NCBI GenBank assembly: GCA_016699085.1
Contig: CP064958.1
Span: 67,785-131,784 of the forward strand
From: Candidatus Nomurabacteria bacterium
Lineage (GTDB): Bacteria > Patescibacteriota > Minisyncoccia > Phycocordibacterales > UBA9973
Length of the DNA stretch: 64,000 nt
Direction: 5' to 3'
Position numbers and translations under genes: made by a program. Below, in pieces: positions 38,000-47,015 of this stretch. The notes under the pieces were generated by a model. It worked only from the letters and a program-made list of their open reading frames with translations, was not told where the DNA came from and did not search any database. Each line of letters begins with the position of its first letter. Within the stretch, counting starts at the first letter, position 1.

Positions 38000-39064
38000 A
38001 TGGAATTTTTCAGAGATCAATCATATAACTCAGCCAAGGTATTTTTCCTCTTGGCGCTCATCATAGGTTCGGGTATGTTTATTATGTATGGCGGCGGCAA
38101 TGGTGACAATAGTTTACTAGGTCGTGTATTTAATAAAAAAAACACTACATATAATCCACTTAATAATAATATTCAGACTGGAATCAATATTGTCGTTCCA
38201 GGAAGTAATGTAGCAAGTACTAGTAACTGCACAGCGGCAAATGCTGGTTTCCCCGGATCGGTTCGTTATTGTAATGAAATTTTTAGCCAGTTAGATATTC
38301 CAGAACCTTCAGTATCAGCGGGCACTTCGGGAATAGTCTTTTCGTCTACATATGGTCTTAAGTTTGATGTCTATACTCCACCACTTTCTGACACAGCAAC
38401 AAATCGAGCTGCGGTCATACATTTTCACGGAGGTGGTGGTGATGAGACTAGCGCTGGACCATGTAAACAATATGCAAGCTTTGGGTATGTATGTTTTTCT
38501 GGAGATTATCGAAATGATGATGCTGTAAAAGGATTTAGCTCAGCAGAACAGAAACATGCCACATCTGATGCGCAAGCAGCTCTACGCTATATCCGAATTC
38601 ATGCGAGTGAGTATGGCATTGATCCAAATCGGATAATGTTAAGTGGTATATCTGCAGGAGGTACTGTTGCACTAGAAGCTGCTGTTTCTGGAAATAACCT
38701 TGACAATGTCAACTGGTTCTCATCTAGTGATCTTGAAGTTAACAGAGACAATCAATTTGGTATTGTGTCTTCAAAAAGCTGCGTAGCAACAAGTAATTCT
38801 GGCGCTCCAATGGTTTCTACCAATAGTTTAATTGATGCTGGAGATCCACCCACATCATTATTTCTAGGAGAAAATGATCTCAGTCATGGATGGACATGTA
38901 ATACAGGGCAAGTATTCACTGATGCCATGACACTTATCGGTATTCCAAGTTATTTCCAGTGTTTTCCAGATACTGGCCACTCACTCAACCAAGGCCCAGC
39001 AATAGATGCTGTTGTCATCCCAATGGTATATAAAGAAATGATTGTTGAAAGCTGCACATTATAA
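38000..39064 (+). CDS. Secreted alpha/beta-hydrolase (esterase/lipase-like).
   Basis: N-terminal transmembrane/signal segment, 'HFHGGGG' oxyanion-hole motif, 'GISAGG' (GxSxG), and a C-terminal 'DTGHS'. Confidence 0.6.
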   Translation: MEFFRDQSYNSAKVFFLLALIIGSGMFIMYGGGNGDNSLLGRVFNKKNTTYNPLNNNIQTGINIVVPGSNVASTSNCTAANAGFPGSVRYCNEIFSQLDIPEPSVSAGTSGIVFSSTYGLKFDVYTPPLSDTATNRAAVIHFHGGGGDETSAGPCKQYASFGYVCFSGDYRNDDAVKGFSSAEQKHATSDAQAALRYIRIHASEYGIDPNRIMLSGISAGGTVALEAAVSGNNLDNVNWFSSSDLEVNRDNQFGIVSSKSCVATSNSGAPMVSTNSLIDAGDPPTSLFLGENDLSHGWTCNTGQVFTDAMTLIGIPSYFQCFPDTGHSLNQGPAIDAVVIPMVYKEMIVESCTL

Positions 39065-39079
39065 TATCATGTAGACACT

Positions 39080-39106
39080 AAAAATCCCGGAATTCCGGGA
39101 TTTTTA
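39080..39106 (+). terminator. Rho-independent terminator.
   Basis: Perfect palindrome AAAATCCCGGAATTCCGGGATTTTT. Confidence 0.7.
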
Positions 39107-39272
39107 ATTGCGAGATATTTTTTTTTCGGTATTCATTGTGCAAAATTCGAACCTTTTTTGAAAGCAATCCTGATGAAGAAATCTGAAAAATGCGGACTCG
39201 GTTTTGCGAAACAATTTTGCGGAAGGAATGCAGGGCGGGGATTTCGGAATTTTGGCGGGTAAGATTAGAAGA

Positions 39273-40121
39273 TTACAACTCTGTTTTTTTGATTACAAAG
39301 TTTTTTGCCAAACTATGTTTCCAAATAGTTGCCTTCCGTTTATTTTTAGTAATTATCATTTTAGGTCTTTTGGAAAAAGACAACATCTTTTTAAACTCAT
39401 TCTTCTCATTTTCTCCGAACGAAGAACTATTTTTGAAAAGAGTATCTATTTCTGTCATCGTGTTTTTGTCGTATCTTGTCGTTATTATATAATCACCAAT
39501 AACACAAAGATTATCTGTCATCGGTACACCGATCTTCTCATTTATACTTATCTGGATATTTGCTTTCGCAAATCGAGTTTTAAAATCTTTAGCAAAAAGC
39601 GTGTTGGCACCTAATGTTATCAGAACTTTGTTTTTCTTTTTTAAAGATTTTTTATATAAATACATTTCCGAATGAGGACTGTCATGTATAAACCAGCTAT
39701 GATGGTTAAAGAAAAAGAACGGTTTATCGTTGAATCGTTCGGAAAGGGCAAGGAATAAATGTCCCCAATATATATTCAACGCATCCATGTCTTTGAAAAC
39801 AATAACTTTGCGTCCCGTAAAAGATTCTTCAAGAAAAGGCAGGGCGACACCAAGATTTTGTTCACTTTCTTCTACGAAATCTTTGAGACGCGAAAGCCAG
39901 ACTTTATTCAAAGTAAAGAGTTTTTTCTCTTTTATGATTACCTCATCTCGCATAAGCTCGCGTAGCGCTTTATATAAGCCCTGTTTCGAAACAGATAGTT
40001 TTATATTTACTTGTTCTAAGAGGTTTACTCCATCTATAGGACCTTTCGTAAGAATGTCCAAAATTCCCTGTCGGACAAGGGAAATAACTGGTATTCCTGT
40101 AAACTTGTGGTTTACTAGCAT
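39273..40121 (-). CDS. Hypothetical protein with an N-terminal winged-helix domain (possible regulator).
   Basis: 'GILDILTKGPIDGVNLLEQVNIKLSVSKQGLYKALREL' HTH-like segment. Confidence 0.4.
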   Translation of the reverse strand: MLVNHKFTGIPVISLVRQGILDILTKGPIDGVNLLEQVNIKLSVSKQGLYKALRELMRDEVIIKEKKLFTLNKVWLSRLKDFVEESEQNLGVALPFLEESFTGRKVIVFKDMDALNIYWGHLFLALSERFNDKPFFFFNHHSWFIHDSPHSEMYLYKKSLKKKNKVLITLGANTLFAKDFKTRFAKANIQISINEKIGVPMTDNLCVIGDYIITTRYDKNTMTEIDTLFKNSSSFGENEKNEFKKMLSFSKRPKMIITKNKRKATIWKHSLAKNFVIKKTEL

Positions 40122-40205
40122 ATAAATATCATATACTTTTTTTACTATATGTCAAGGGTGAGATAGAGTATCGGTAGATAAATTGTAAATTAAAAACTAA
40201 AAATC

Positions 40206-40811
40206 ATGAAAAAAATATTAAAAGAATTTCGCGTTAGTGACGTATTTCGTCATGACGACTCAAAATGTATTCCCCAGAAATGGGCACGAGGAGCAAAAGT
40301 CATAGCCTTTGATCATAACGAGAAGTGCATTATTTCTCCTGACATCTTAAAAGGTAAGTTCTTAACATTTCCTTTTTCAGAGGGGAATTTCGCTCCCTTA
40401 AACACAAGTTTGTCGTCTATCGGTAACAGCTTACTCTCTGAAGATATTTTCTTTATCCTTTTGTACTTGTTTATTATAGAACCAAAAATGGGAAAGGAGT
40501 TATTGGGATTTGAATTTGAGAAAGAAGTGTGTTATTTATTTCCAGTCTTGTTTAGGAAATCCTATAAAAGGCTTTTTGCTACGTCATTAGACAGAACTAT
40601 TTTCAGTGTTATTTGGAGTAAACAAGAATCTCCAATATCAACTTGGAATATAGAAACAGCGGAAGATAGATGGGAAGAAAGTGCTGGTTGGGGTCAACAA
40701 AGGGTATGGAGGAAATATCCAAAAGAAAGTATTATTATTTCTTTTAAACCAGACCCGGAGCCAGACCCTTGGATTGTAATATATCCTGAAAAAAATCTCA
40801 TTGCGAAATGA
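40206..40811 (+). CDS. Hypothetical protein (201 aa).
   Basis: ORF followed by a terminator. Confidence 0.4.
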   Translation: MKKILKEFRVSDVFRHDDSKCIPQKWARGAKVIAFDHNEKCIISPDILKGKFLTFPFSEGNFAPLNTSLSSIGNSLLSEDIFFILLYLFIIEPKMGKELLGFEFEKEVCYLFPVLFRKSYKRLFATSLDRTIFSVIWSKQESPISTWNIETAEDRWEESAGWGQQRVWRKYPKESIIISFKPDPEPDPWIVIYPEKNLIAK

Positions 40812-40827
40812 GTTGAGTGATCTCAAT

Positions 40828-40860
40828 AGTCCCCGTGATTTATTTCATGGGGATTTTTTA
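40828..40860 (+). terminator. Rho-independent terminator.
   Basis: TCCCCGTGA-tttatt-TCATGGGGA followed by TTTTTT. Confidence 0.6.
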
Positions 40861-40966
40861 TATAAGTTCCGCCCGCCAAAAAACGAAATCGGATTTTAGA
40901 GCCGAAATGGGGTCACACCTTCGTGCCGACCATATTTTTGGTTCGGAAACCCTTTTCGAAAAATTG

Positions 40967-41053
40967 CGGAGGGTAAGAGATTTGAACTCTTGATGCTCTT
41001 TCGAGCATACCGCCTTTCCAAGGCGGCGCACTAGACCACTATGCGAACCCTCC
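40967..41053 (-). tRNA. tRNA-Ser (anticodon GGA), with a long variable arm and no encoded CCA.
   Basis: Manual cloverleaf: acceptor GGAGGGT/ACCCTCC, D-stem GCA/TGC, anticodon stem CCGCC/GGCGG with loop TTGGAAA, variable arm ATGCTC-gaaa-GAGCAT, T-stem AAGAG/CTCTT with loop TTCAAAT, discriminator G. Confidence 0.85.
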
Positions 41054-41197
41054 ATTGCCTCCGCACGTAGGCGGAGGCAGGCAATCCCGCCCCGCATGCG
41101 CGGGGCTTGGGATACCTTCGGTGGAAAATATAAATATTCCCACCTTAATCGAAAGAACATCCACTCTTATACTATCCATAATTAAAAATGTTGCAAC

Positions 41198-41230
41198 AAA
41201 AAAAGTCTGCGATAATCTGCAGACTTTTAA
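41198..41230 (-). terminator. Terminator for the 41234..41845 gene.
   Basis: AGTCTGC...GCAGACT followed by a T-run on the minus strand. Confidence 0.5.
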
Positions 41231-41233
41231 CTA

Positions 41234-41845
41234 TTATCCCCAAATGATATTTCCACCACCATCTCTTTCTGGACGAGGGAGTGGCGGCTGGGTATTGAAA
41301 TTCATTCCTTGTTCTTCTACCCACCCAATGTTGAACCATTTTTCGATAATAGGACTAAGAAGTATAAACGGCGTACTTGCAAGCAAATTGATACCAGTAA
41401 ATACAATCTGACCCATGATAATTTCTTGCCAGGTTACCGCATGAGGAGCAAAAAGCATTAAAGTACATGTAACAATATCAAAAATGACTAAGCCACCTAT
41501 CCCGAATGTTAGGTAAAATCGCAACTTACTCACATACGATTTGCGCCTACGAATCTTTTTCCTTGCATACATATACGCTATACCCATACCAATGAGACCA
41601 TACAATACTGAGTACATACAGTTCGTCCCTAAGTCGAGTGCGAGTGTATGATGAATATACGGCGCAATTATATTGAATAAAAATACACTACATGCACCAA
41701 AGAAAAAAACATGCCATTTGCTGAGTTTCCCTGCTGGCATTTGGAATGCCATGATGGGATTACCAGGAATATACGGCAAACTCGTAAGGAGTCTGTACGC
41801 AAGTGTTACAACAGCAAGCGTAAGTAATTTGAGATTATTTTTCAT
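41234..41845 (-). CDS. Polytopic membrane protein (203 aa), possibly an ECF-transporter S component.
   Basis: About 5 transmembrane helices. Confidence 0.4.
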   Translation of the reverse strand: MKNNLKLLTLAVVTLAYRLLTSLPYIPGNPIMAFQMPAGKLSKWHVFFFGACSVFLFNIIAPYIHHTLALDLGTNCMYSVLYGLIGMGIAYMYARKKIRRRKSYVSKLRFYLTFGIGGLVIFDIVTCTLMLFAPHAVTWQEIIMGQIVFTGINLLASTPFILLSPIIEKWFNIGWVEEQGMNFNTQPPLPRPERDGGGNIIWG

Positions 41846-42049
41846 TTCAAAGAAGTTTAGATTTCTATCATATCGAAATTAGATAAAAATGCAAGTTGAC
41901 TAGATGCGTGAAATACGTGTTACTTAATCATCTTAAAACCAAACCCCTTTGGTTTAAAAAGTTCTTCAGGAATAGAATAAGAAGTTGTTTTTATATCCTC
42001 AATCATGGATTATTTATAGCATGTATTTTTTAGATTCGATATCATAGCG

Positions 42050-43756
42050 TTACAGTAACTTTTTCAGTCTTTTTTCAATATACATATCTATCTCGTCTAT
42101 ATTTTTCTGTAGTGTAGTAAAGATAACTTTTTCTTTCTTGTTTAACACACGGTCAATTTTTATTGCTTCAAGTGATAGTAATTGCTTTGCTAAGTCTTCT
42201 TTTACTGACACCAGTTCATTATGGATTTTAGTGATGGTTTCTTTCAACTCGCGTTCAATCTTTCTTTTTGTGCCAAAATATTTATGCCATCCAATATAGC
42301 AAACAATGAGTAAGCCGACTGAACAAAGAATTATACATAAGAGCCAGAGCATGGTAATGGTTACTTGTGCAACACTTGTCTGATTTACTTTTACAAATAT
42401 TTTTTCTGAGGGCTGGCTTTTAACCTCATCGGAAAGAATATTTGTACCGTAGATACTCAGTATTCCTACCTTTTTTATCTTATCTGTAGTAAAACTGAAA
42501 GTTCCATCCGTAGACGTTACCTCAGTATATTCCTTAATAATTTTGCCATCTAGTTGGACAGTTATGACAACAGGTGTGTCGGGATAATCGCTTTGCCCGG
42601 AAATAATGACTGATTCTCCTTTCACTATTTCTGTAGCATCAATAGATAGTACTGGTGCAGTTATATAAGAACTTTCATATAACAATTCTGACGTTGTGTA
42701 ATTACCCGCCCTGTCGTATGCCGTCACTACTAAACTATGATTTCCTTGATTCAACACTGGAAGTGAGTATTGTTCATCTATCAATGTATCACTCTTCACC
42801 AGTAACGGTTCTGCCGAATCAATTTTTATTGTGTAGTAGTCTATTCCTGAGGTCACATCTTCCGCATTTAATGTGAGTAGGTTCTTATAATCTACAGTAT
42901 GTACGACAGGAACAAATTCTTTTGGCGGTGTTGCATCTATCTTGATTTTATAATGCGCAGTTGGACTACTACCACCTGCACTGCTATATGAAAGATGGAA
43001 ATAATGTATACCGTCCACGATATTAGTAAGAGTCTTTTCTGAGACAGAACTATCATAGACTAGAGTGGGTGTTGCATTTGAGATCTTATTCAAAAGAGTT
43101 TTAAGAGAACTAACCCCATCTGGCACTTTCCAATTAAAGGAGGCAGTATTATTTGCATACCAGATTTCCTGATTTGGATGAGTACTGGAGTAAATCTGAG
43201 GTTTTACTAATGATGAACTTGAAGTATCTTCAGTGGTAGTTGCATCCTCTAGAATTCCTATAGCAACAACACTTCCTGATTTTGAAATTAAAATATTTGT
43301 ACCTAACCCATCATTTTCTCTAACCGCCGCATCAGAGTACACAATTGATGCTGTGCCTACCTTTTTAGCTTTAAATGTAATAGTTGCAATCGTACCACTA
43401 CCACCTTTATAACCAGGATTTACAATACCTCCATTATAGGAGATTACGCCTGTGGTGTTCGAAAAAGTTGGTTCTTCTACCCATAAAGTAAAAATAGAAT
43501 TACTCTTGCTTATTGATACTACCTGAAGTAAATCTACGGGAAATAAAATTTCCCCGTCAGAATTGTTTATATATTTTCCTGACGTGTTCGCAATAACGCT
43601 AATAGAAAACGTATTTCCAACACTCGTGGTGATAGTACTAGGTAAAAGCGAGAGTGTTGCGGAAAAAACAATAGTGGGTAGTAGGAAAAAAATTACTACA
43701 CTGCACGCGACAAAACTATATGTCTCAAGTATCGATTTATAGAGTAGTTTGTGCAT
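42050..43756 (-). CDS. Type-I membrane protein with an N-terminal cohesin-like domain, Ig-like domains, a C-terminal transmembrane helix and a cytoplasmic coiled-coil tail.
   Basis: Signal peptide; 'ILFPVDLLQVVSISKSNSIFTLWVEE...GTIATITFKAKKVGTASIV' cohesin-like beta-sandwich pattern; C-terminal transmembrane 'ITMLWLLCIILCSVGLLIV'. Confidence 0.5.
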   Translation of the reverse strand: MHKLLYKSILETYSFVACSVVIFFLLPTIVFSATLSLLPSTITTSVGNTFSISVIANTSGKYINNSDGEILFPVDLLQVVSISKSNSIFTLWVEEPTFSNTTGVISYNGGIVNPGYKGGSGTIATITFKAKKVGTASIVYSDAAVRENDGLGTNILISKSGSVVAIGILEDATTTEDTSSSSLVKPQIYSSTHPNQEIWYANNTASFNWKVPDGVSSLKTLLNKISNATPTLVYDSSVSEKTLTNIVDGIHYFHLSYSSAGGSSPTAHYKIKIDATPPKEFVPVVHTVDYKNLLTLNAEDVTSGIDYYTIKIDSAEPLLVKSDTLIDEQYSLPVLNQGNHSLVVTAYDRAGNYTTSELLYESSYITAPVLSIDATEIVKGESVIISGQSDYPDTPVVITVQLDGKIIKEYTEVTSTDGTFSFTTDKIKKVGILSIYGTNILSDEVKSQPSEKIFVKVNQTSVAQVTITMLWLLCIILCSVGLLIVCYIGWHKYFGTKRKIERELKETITKIHNELVSVKEDLAKQLLSLEAIKIDRVLNKKEKVIFTTLQKNIDEIDMYIEKRLKKLL

Positions 43757-44654
43757 TGTATTTCCATCGTAGTATCAGTTTAATGAACGCATATAAACAA
43801 ATAATAATGAGTACTGACACAACTATTGCTACCCAGTTAATTGGCTCTTTTGATACTACTGTTGCAGTTTGAAAGTTTCCTGCTTTGTCATACGCCAACA
43901 CTGTCACATCCACATCCTGGGTTTGGTTTATAAGAACGTAATGACTGCCGCTTCTAACGCCAGGATTTGTTCCTTCTCTTACCTCGTAATAACTAATTCC
44001 TGATTGTCCATCAGTGGTCTCAAAAGAGAGAAATTTCTTACCATCATATAGATAACTATCTTGCAATACTTCTACAGTGAAAGCCTCTGGGGGTATATTG
44101 TCATTAGAAATAATTTCCTGCCATTTATCTATATTACTTTCATTTGCAACTCTAACTGAAATTATTGATATATCTTTCACTACCGTGCTTGGTGTACCTA
44201 ATCCATCATTGAGATACGCAGTGACACTACTTGGCTTTATAGTAAAATCGCCGGGTTGGTTTATTTTCACAATTACTTTAAAAAGTAATAACTTATCCCC
44301 AGATACCCCACCTGGAAGTCCACCGACAAAATTAATATTTCCCTCTTCGAGCGATGGTTTACGTGGCCACAGGGTGAAAACCGAATTAACAACACTTAAA
44401 TCCTTTATTTCAAAATTGCCATTGTGGGTATCACTTAGGGTAAGTGAACCATCCACTGAATTAATCTGCTCCCCTTCTGTATCCAGATAAATATCAATAA
44501 TGCTAGTATCCCCAGCCACCAAGGCGCTATTTGATGAGGCACGAATAGCTACTGCATAACTTGTGACAGGTAGAGCAAAGGAGGTAATGAACAAAGTTAC
44601 CGTAATAAAATATAAAAGTGCTCCTTTATTTCTTTTTAAAAATTGTTTTTTCAT
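43737..44654 (-). CDS. Type-I membrane protein with an N-terminal cohesin-like domain and a C-terminal transmembrane anchor.
   Basis: Signal peptide; 'IIDIYLDTEGEQINSVDGSLTL...FTLWPRK...LLLFKVIVKINQPGDFTI' cohesin-like pattern; C-terminal transmembrane helix. Overlaps neighbours by 4 and 20 nt. Confidence 0.5.
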   Translation of the reverse strand: MKKQFLKRNKGALLYFITVTLFITSFALPVTSYAVAIRASSNSALVAGDTSIIDIYLDTEGEQINSVDGSLTLSDTHNGNFEIKDLSVVNSVFTLWPRKPSLEEGNINFVGGLPGGVSGDKLLLFKVIVKINQPGDFTIKPSSVTAYLNDGLGTPSTVVKDISIISVRVANESNIDKWQEIISNDNIPPEAFTVEVLQDSYLYDGKKFLSFETTDGQSGISYYEVREGTNPGVRSGSHYVLINQTQDVDVTVLAYDKAGNFQTATVVSKEPINWVAIVVSVLIIICLYAFIKLILRWKYNAQTTL

Positions 44655-46570
44655 TTAGGTTTTGTTCCCCACTGATACAGCATAATAGAAAAATCAATTG
44701 AATCAACTTTTTGATCAAGATTGACATCTACGCAAGGATTAGAAAAGGTGGGTGATTGCTTCCAAAAGAACAGTAATATGGAAAAGTCTACTGAATCTAC
44801 AAGACCACTAGAGTTGAAATCGGCCCCATTACACTCACTTGTATCTGCGTCGTCACTTGAGCCGGAAGCTCCCCCTCCTCCTCCACTACCTCCACCTCCT
44901 CCTCCAGCCTGCTCCTCACTCACCTCAGTCACAGTGAACACTCTAGATGCACCAGAACTATCTGTCCCGAAGTAAACAACCAATTTAAAATAATAGGTTC
45001 CAATTGAAGCCACACTTGCTGTGAGATTTGTGTTCCAATCTTCGCTAGGATTTATAAATTTTGCTGCCGATGCATAGTATGCGTCATCATTCCCACCGCA
45101 TTCATTATCTAAATCAGTAACCACACACCATTCATAGTCATATTCATATCCACTAAGACCTTCGTTAGTGATAGTTACATTTCCCAACACCGAACTTATA
45201 CTAGACGCTGTCACAGAATTTATCAATACCTGTGCGGGTGAACCTGAAACTTCCCAATAATCATTTGTCTGGATCGTCTTTCCACTTTCAACTTCTGTTG
45301 AGGCAACTGTTTCCCATAAGCCCTGAGAGGCGCCTGAAGCGACAGTATATGTATATTCATACACACCTGTACTCACCAGTGTCATGGGTACAGCGGAGAC
45401 AACCGCATTACGGTTTGCATCATATACAGTTACTGTGGGCACTGAAGCAGGCGCTGTTGGTGTAGCGCTACTATTTAAAATATATACTTTAGTTCTATAT
45501 ACATATCCAGCTTGAATTCTCTCTAGATTACTCATCCTTACTGACCACCCTGTAATTGATGAAATAGTGCCATCCAAATTGGTCGCAATTTGGGCCCCGA
45601 TTGATCCGACAGCAACAAGTGAATCGGAAAGTACGTTCCACACATCCGCAGCAGTAATATCATTACCATAGTTTGTAAGTGTCCTCGTTGCATTTGCCCA
45701 GACAGCAGTAGCTATGGAGGAAGTGGAGTAATCTGTGAGCGTGCGGGTAGCAGATGCCCACACATCAGCAGCGGTAAGATTACTAGTACCCCGACTAGAT
45801 ACTTCCACATCGAGATTATCCACAATCTTTTTCCCGATAGTACCCGATGTTGTTAATCCTGATGTAGCGACATCCCAAATTCCTTGTTTTGAAGCAGTGG
45901 AGAGTTCTACCGTACCACTATTAATCGATCGAGTACCGTATCCCCAAACATCCGCAGCAGTAATATTATTTAGCGCATTGATTAAGGTTCGATTTGTTTC
46001 AATTTCTGTAACTATTGTATTTTTTGCAGTATCAATATAACTCTCCGTTGCAAGCGATCCTCCCCCGGTCAATGTTTTATCTGTTAAACGCCTCACTGAA
46101 GCGTATGTATCATTCCACACATCAGCAGCTAGTGAACCGAATGCAGTCAGTGTACGATCACCATTGGCCCACACACTTGTCGCAATAGAACTATCGGTAA
46201 GAGTAGCTGTTTTAACAATAAATGTCTTGTCAACCTTAACAAGATCACCAGCAAGTGCCGTACCACAAGACATAAATGAAGCATATTTCCCGTTTGTAAC
46301 GGGGGCAACATAATCGTAATGATGCCATCCGTTTGCATCGGCGGTCATTACTACCTCATTCACCAGAGTTGTTCCATTCGGGCTATATATAGAGATGGTA
46401 CAGTCACTCGTATTTGCCGTGAAATCATCGTTGTATACAAATTCTCCTACAGTGATCGTATCACCAGGTGCGTATACAGTCTCTGATGCAAGCGTTACAG
46501 GTGCATTGCTAAAAAAAGTTACTAGCAGTACAACAAATAAATATTTTCCAAAGTAAGAACGAAAAATCAT
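44651..46570 (-). CDS. Secreted protein (639 aa) with 'AADVW...TRTLT' repeats, a Gly-rich linker and a C-terminal tandem dockerin-like module.
   Basis: Sec signal peptide; 'GGGGGGSGGGGGASGSS' linker; C-terminus 'DFNSSGLVDSVDFSILLFFW' plus 'DVNLDQKVDSIDFSIMLYQW', a duplicated Ca-binding dockerin-type segment. Confidence 0.6.
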   Translation of the reverse strand: MIFRSYFGKYLFVVLLVTFFSNAPVTLASETVYAPGDTITVGEFVYNDDFTANTSDCTISIYSPNGTTLVNEVVMTADANGWHHYDYVAPVTNGKYASFMSCGTALAGDLVKVDKTFIVKTATLTDSSIATSVWANGDRTLTAFGSLAADVWNDTYASVRRLTDKTLTGGGSLATESYIDTAKNTIVTEIETNRTLINALNNITAADVWGYGTRSINSGTVELSTASKQGIWDVATSGLTTSGTIGKKIVDNLDVEVSSRGTSNLTAADVWASATRTLTDYSTSSIATAVWANATRTLTNYGNDITAADVWNVLSDSLVAVGSIGAQIATNLDGTISSITGWSVRMSNLERIQAGYVYRTKVYILNSSATPTAPASVPTVTVYDANRNAVVSAVPMTLVSTGVYEYTYTVASGASQGLWETVASTEVESGKTIQTNDYWEVSGSPAQVLINSVTASSISSVLGNVTITNEGLSGYEYDYEWCVVTDLDNECGGNDDAYYASAAKFINPSEDWNTNLTASVASIGTYYFKLVVYFGTDSSGASRVFTVTEVSEEQAGGGGGGSGGGGGASGSSDDADTSECNGADFNSSGLVDSVDFSILLFFWKQSPTFSNPCVDVNLDQKVDSIDFSIMLYQWGTKPK

Positions 46571-46659
46571 TGTCTATAAATTAGCTAGCACTTCATTAAT
46601 AAATAAGTCTAATTCCATAAAGCATTACGGGTGTACAAACCTTTTACAGCATCAAAAAA

Positions 46660-46836
46660 TTACCTTTTGTTACCCAATGATTTTAGAGAATTACCACTTG
46701 ATTGCTTAAAAGCACCAATGACACTTCGTATTGCATCAAGAAAACTCTTTGTCATTTTTGGAATTCTTTGTGCACTAAAAAGAAAAAATATTACCAACAC
46801 TATTATTACTACCTCCTTTCCACCGAGCCCAAACAC
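46660..46836 (-). CDS. tatA: Sec-independent translocase TatA/E-like (59 aa, GTG start). Not in the ORF track.
   Basis: Reverse translation 'FGLGGKEVVIIVLVIFFLFSAQRIPKMTKSFLDAIRSVIGAFK': transmembrane helix, then 'FG', then an amphipathic helix. Confidence 0.6.
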   Translation of the reverse strand: MFGLGGKEVVIIVLVIFFLFSAQRIPKMTKSFLDAIRSVIGAFKQSSGNSLKSLGNKR

Positions 46837-46845
46837 ATCGAAATA

Positions 46846-47004
46846 TTATTTCTTCTTTATATCATCGTCAGACTTAAATGCTCCTGTTATGTGCTTAATC
46901 GCATCAACAAGACTTTTTGCTAATTCGGGTATTTTTTTAGCCCCAAAAAGAACTACAAGAATAACTGCAATGATAATTATTTCTTTTGTACCTAGTCCAA
47001 ACAT
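46846..47004 (-). CDS. tatA: Sec-independent translocase TatA/E (53 aa). Not in the ORF track.
   Basis: Reverse translation 'MFGLGTKEIIIIAVILVVLFGAKKIPELAKSLVDAIKHITGAFKSDDDIKKK'. Confidence 0.7.
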   Translation of the reverse strand: MFGLGTKEIIIIAVILVVLFGAKKIPELAKSLVDAIKHITGAFKSDDDIKKK

Positions 47005-47015
47005 ATATGTAAATG

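Noticed and set aside
39226-40910. Weak similarity between 39226-39262 and the reverse complement of 40871-40910 (shared 'ATTTCGG...TTTTGGCGGG').
   Set aside because: Too short and gapped to call a repeat family; probably coincidental.
40858-41160. 100-aa minus-strand ORF.
   Set aside because: It completely overlaps the tRNA-Ser(GGA) gene and the adjacent GC-rich hairpins, so the ORF is an artefact.
41936-41962. AAACCAAA-cccct-TTTGGTTT hairpin as the terminator of the cohesin operon.
   Set aside because: Stem is AT-only with a weak U-tract; it is plausible but too weak to list as a feature.
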